Positions 62,440 through 64,000 of a DNA stretch of 64,000 nucleotides are shown piece after piece (the stretch's first letter is position 1; every line of letters starts with the position of its first letter). Where the stretch lies: positions 3,866 to 67,865 of the forward strand of contig JAAOMT010000386.1 in NCBI GenBank assembly GCA_016748015.1. The letters run 5' to 3'. This DNA is from Geosiphon pyriformis uo1 (taxonomy: Eukaryota > Fungi > Glomeromycota). The notes beneath the pieces are model-generated. The model was not told the DNA's origin. It saw only the letters and a program-made list of their open reading frames with translations, and did not search any database. The position numbers and the translations under genes are program-made.

Positions 62440-63200
62440 TATTCTCTAAAATAAGCTCATCAACAGTAACAAGCAATTCTAAAAGTGTAGATACTTCATG
62501 TTTATTAAAAGAAATCTTGCCATTATAAATATTCTGTGCAAGAAAATAAAACATATAAATTTATGTTAGCCAAAATACTTTAAACCAAAGGAAAACTCTT
62601 ACCTGATAATTATCTCGAAAATATTAGGAGAAATATTAGGTTTAGCAAAAATAATGGCATCGTTTTCCCTTTTAATCCAATTGCCAGAGAGTGTTATAGC
62701 AAAATAAGGTGATCTTGCTGCTAAAATTTGCAAATGAACTTGAAAAGTTCTAGGATTGGGCACTTCACCAACTAAAATTTTAACATCAAAAAACTTCTGA
62801 GTGTTAAATAAATTCTCAAAATCATTGAATAAAGCTTGAAAGTGTTGTTAGAAGTCTTATTTTATGATTTTTTCCCACATATCAATATTTATGTTATTTG
62901 ACACACGTCTGATTCTTATCTGGAGGTGAATTAATATGTTAATCCATACTTTATCAGTGCCTCTTTAAATATCTTAACAGCCAAAATTCTAGTTTTTATT
63001 ATCATTACATGTATAAAAAAACTTTGGAGTAGTTAGCTCATTTGCCAATTTTGTAATTTTTATGTTATAATATACCATATTTATTTCTTTTTATTTATTA
63101 TTTCTTTTTTATTCAGCAAGTTTTTTGTTTTTGCTATTAAAATCTATAAAATTTTTTTAAAAATAATAGAAAATTGAAATCCTTGAATCGAAAATTGTAA

Positions 63201-63220
63201 NNNNNNNNNNNNNNNNNNNN
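63201..63220. other. Assembly gap (20 N)
   Basis: Run of N. Confidence 1.
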
Positions 63221-64000
63221 AATTAATACTAAATGAAAAAATCAGCAATTATTTTTTAAGCTTGTAAAATATTTTATTTTAACAGCCAAATAAACCTTCG
63301 AAGAATATTCAATCAAATGATGTGGAAATATTGATTGGTAAGATTTTATACCTTTCAACTTACCTACTTCATTAAATATAAATAATATTTTCAATCAACT
63401 AAATAGAGAATTAATTTAAGATATTTAAGAAAAAGACTTTTCACCCCGGAAAGTTATTTGATTACAAATCATCACCTAGAAACTTAATATAAAAATTTAT
63501 TAAAACTATATATGATAATAACATGCACTCTCATCAGTTTTTGATAGATTATTAATTTTAAATTAATCATTTAAACATCAAACAACTTATTTTGTCTAAA
63601 TTTTGAATAATATCTAATTATATAGGTTAATAATTTTTTTATACCTTTTTACTTTTATTAAACTTATGATTTATAAATTATTTATACAATTTTATTAAAG
63701 ACCGGAACAATAAATTTTAATGAGAAACTTTCATATAATTTTTATTAATAAAAAGAAAATATTTACTTTAAAATATAATATAATTATCAATTTGTTTTTA
63801 AAAATGATTTAATCATTTATGATCAAAATTTATTATTGCAATAATTTCTTAATTAAATATTTAAAATTGCTACCATGCAATTACCTTTTAGGTACAATCG
63901 AAATTTTTTTTCTTTCATATCTCAGAATATAATGTATAAAAATTATTTTGCGTTTATTTATAAAATAGAAAATTTCTTCTTTTCGAGTGCAATATTGTAA

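Larger units (their letters stand above)
60070..62880 (-). pseudogene. BTB/POZ-BACK-TLDc domain protein pseudogene
   Basis: FDVKILVGEVPNPRTFQVHLQILAARSPYF...KPNISPNIFEII (BTB), a GT-AG intron at 62534-62602, LNMEESEI*QKIVE*G (BACK), and LLLCGSRDRFTPADFHRLCDDKGATVSIIKVKG...IGSYNP...SFIFSL...GPYFG...EEYEVFQIVKR* (TLDc). Stops, frameshifts and a Tc1 insertion. Confidence 0.9.

Noticed and set aside
1-64000. Prokaryotic or phage system (retron, DGR, phage dUTPase)
   Set aside because: RTs are embedded in LTR and LINE architectures with TSDs, and a spliceosomal intron and eukaryotic BTB-TLDc gene are present.

Overview
Very AT-rich eukaryotic repeat region. A Glomeromycota-type (arbuscular mycorrhizal lineage) fungal genome is inferred from the BTB-BACK-TLDc gene family and the TE landscape. 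It is a nest of decayed transposons: four Ty3/gypsy LTR retrotransposons of two families (A 1-3785 +, B 19721-29632 -, C 32053-36708 -, D 38038-48135 -; B and D are complete with LTRs and 4-bp TSDs), three APE/RT LINEs plus a 5' fragment (RNase H retained in two; LINE3 is full length with polyA and a candidate TSD), an ORF1-only retroposon, two Tc1-like elements, a probable hAT relic, a Tc1-disrupted BTB-BACK-TLDc pseudogene and a second TLDc fragment. No intact cellular gene, RNA gene or CRISPR array was found. Nearly all repeat decay is C>T/G>A. Main observations: (1) the gypsy elements appear to have an unusual layout, gag-PR-Cys-rich domain-dUTPase-RT-RH ending at a shared stop, then a separately initiated integrase ORF and a conserved third ORF before the PPT; (2) an ORF1-only (HAL1-like) element shares its 3' UTR and a covarying stem-loop with the autonomous LINE; (3) transition-only hypermutation that largely spares the U3 end of the gypsy B LTRs. 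All alignments were done by eye, and internal domain boundaries are approximate.
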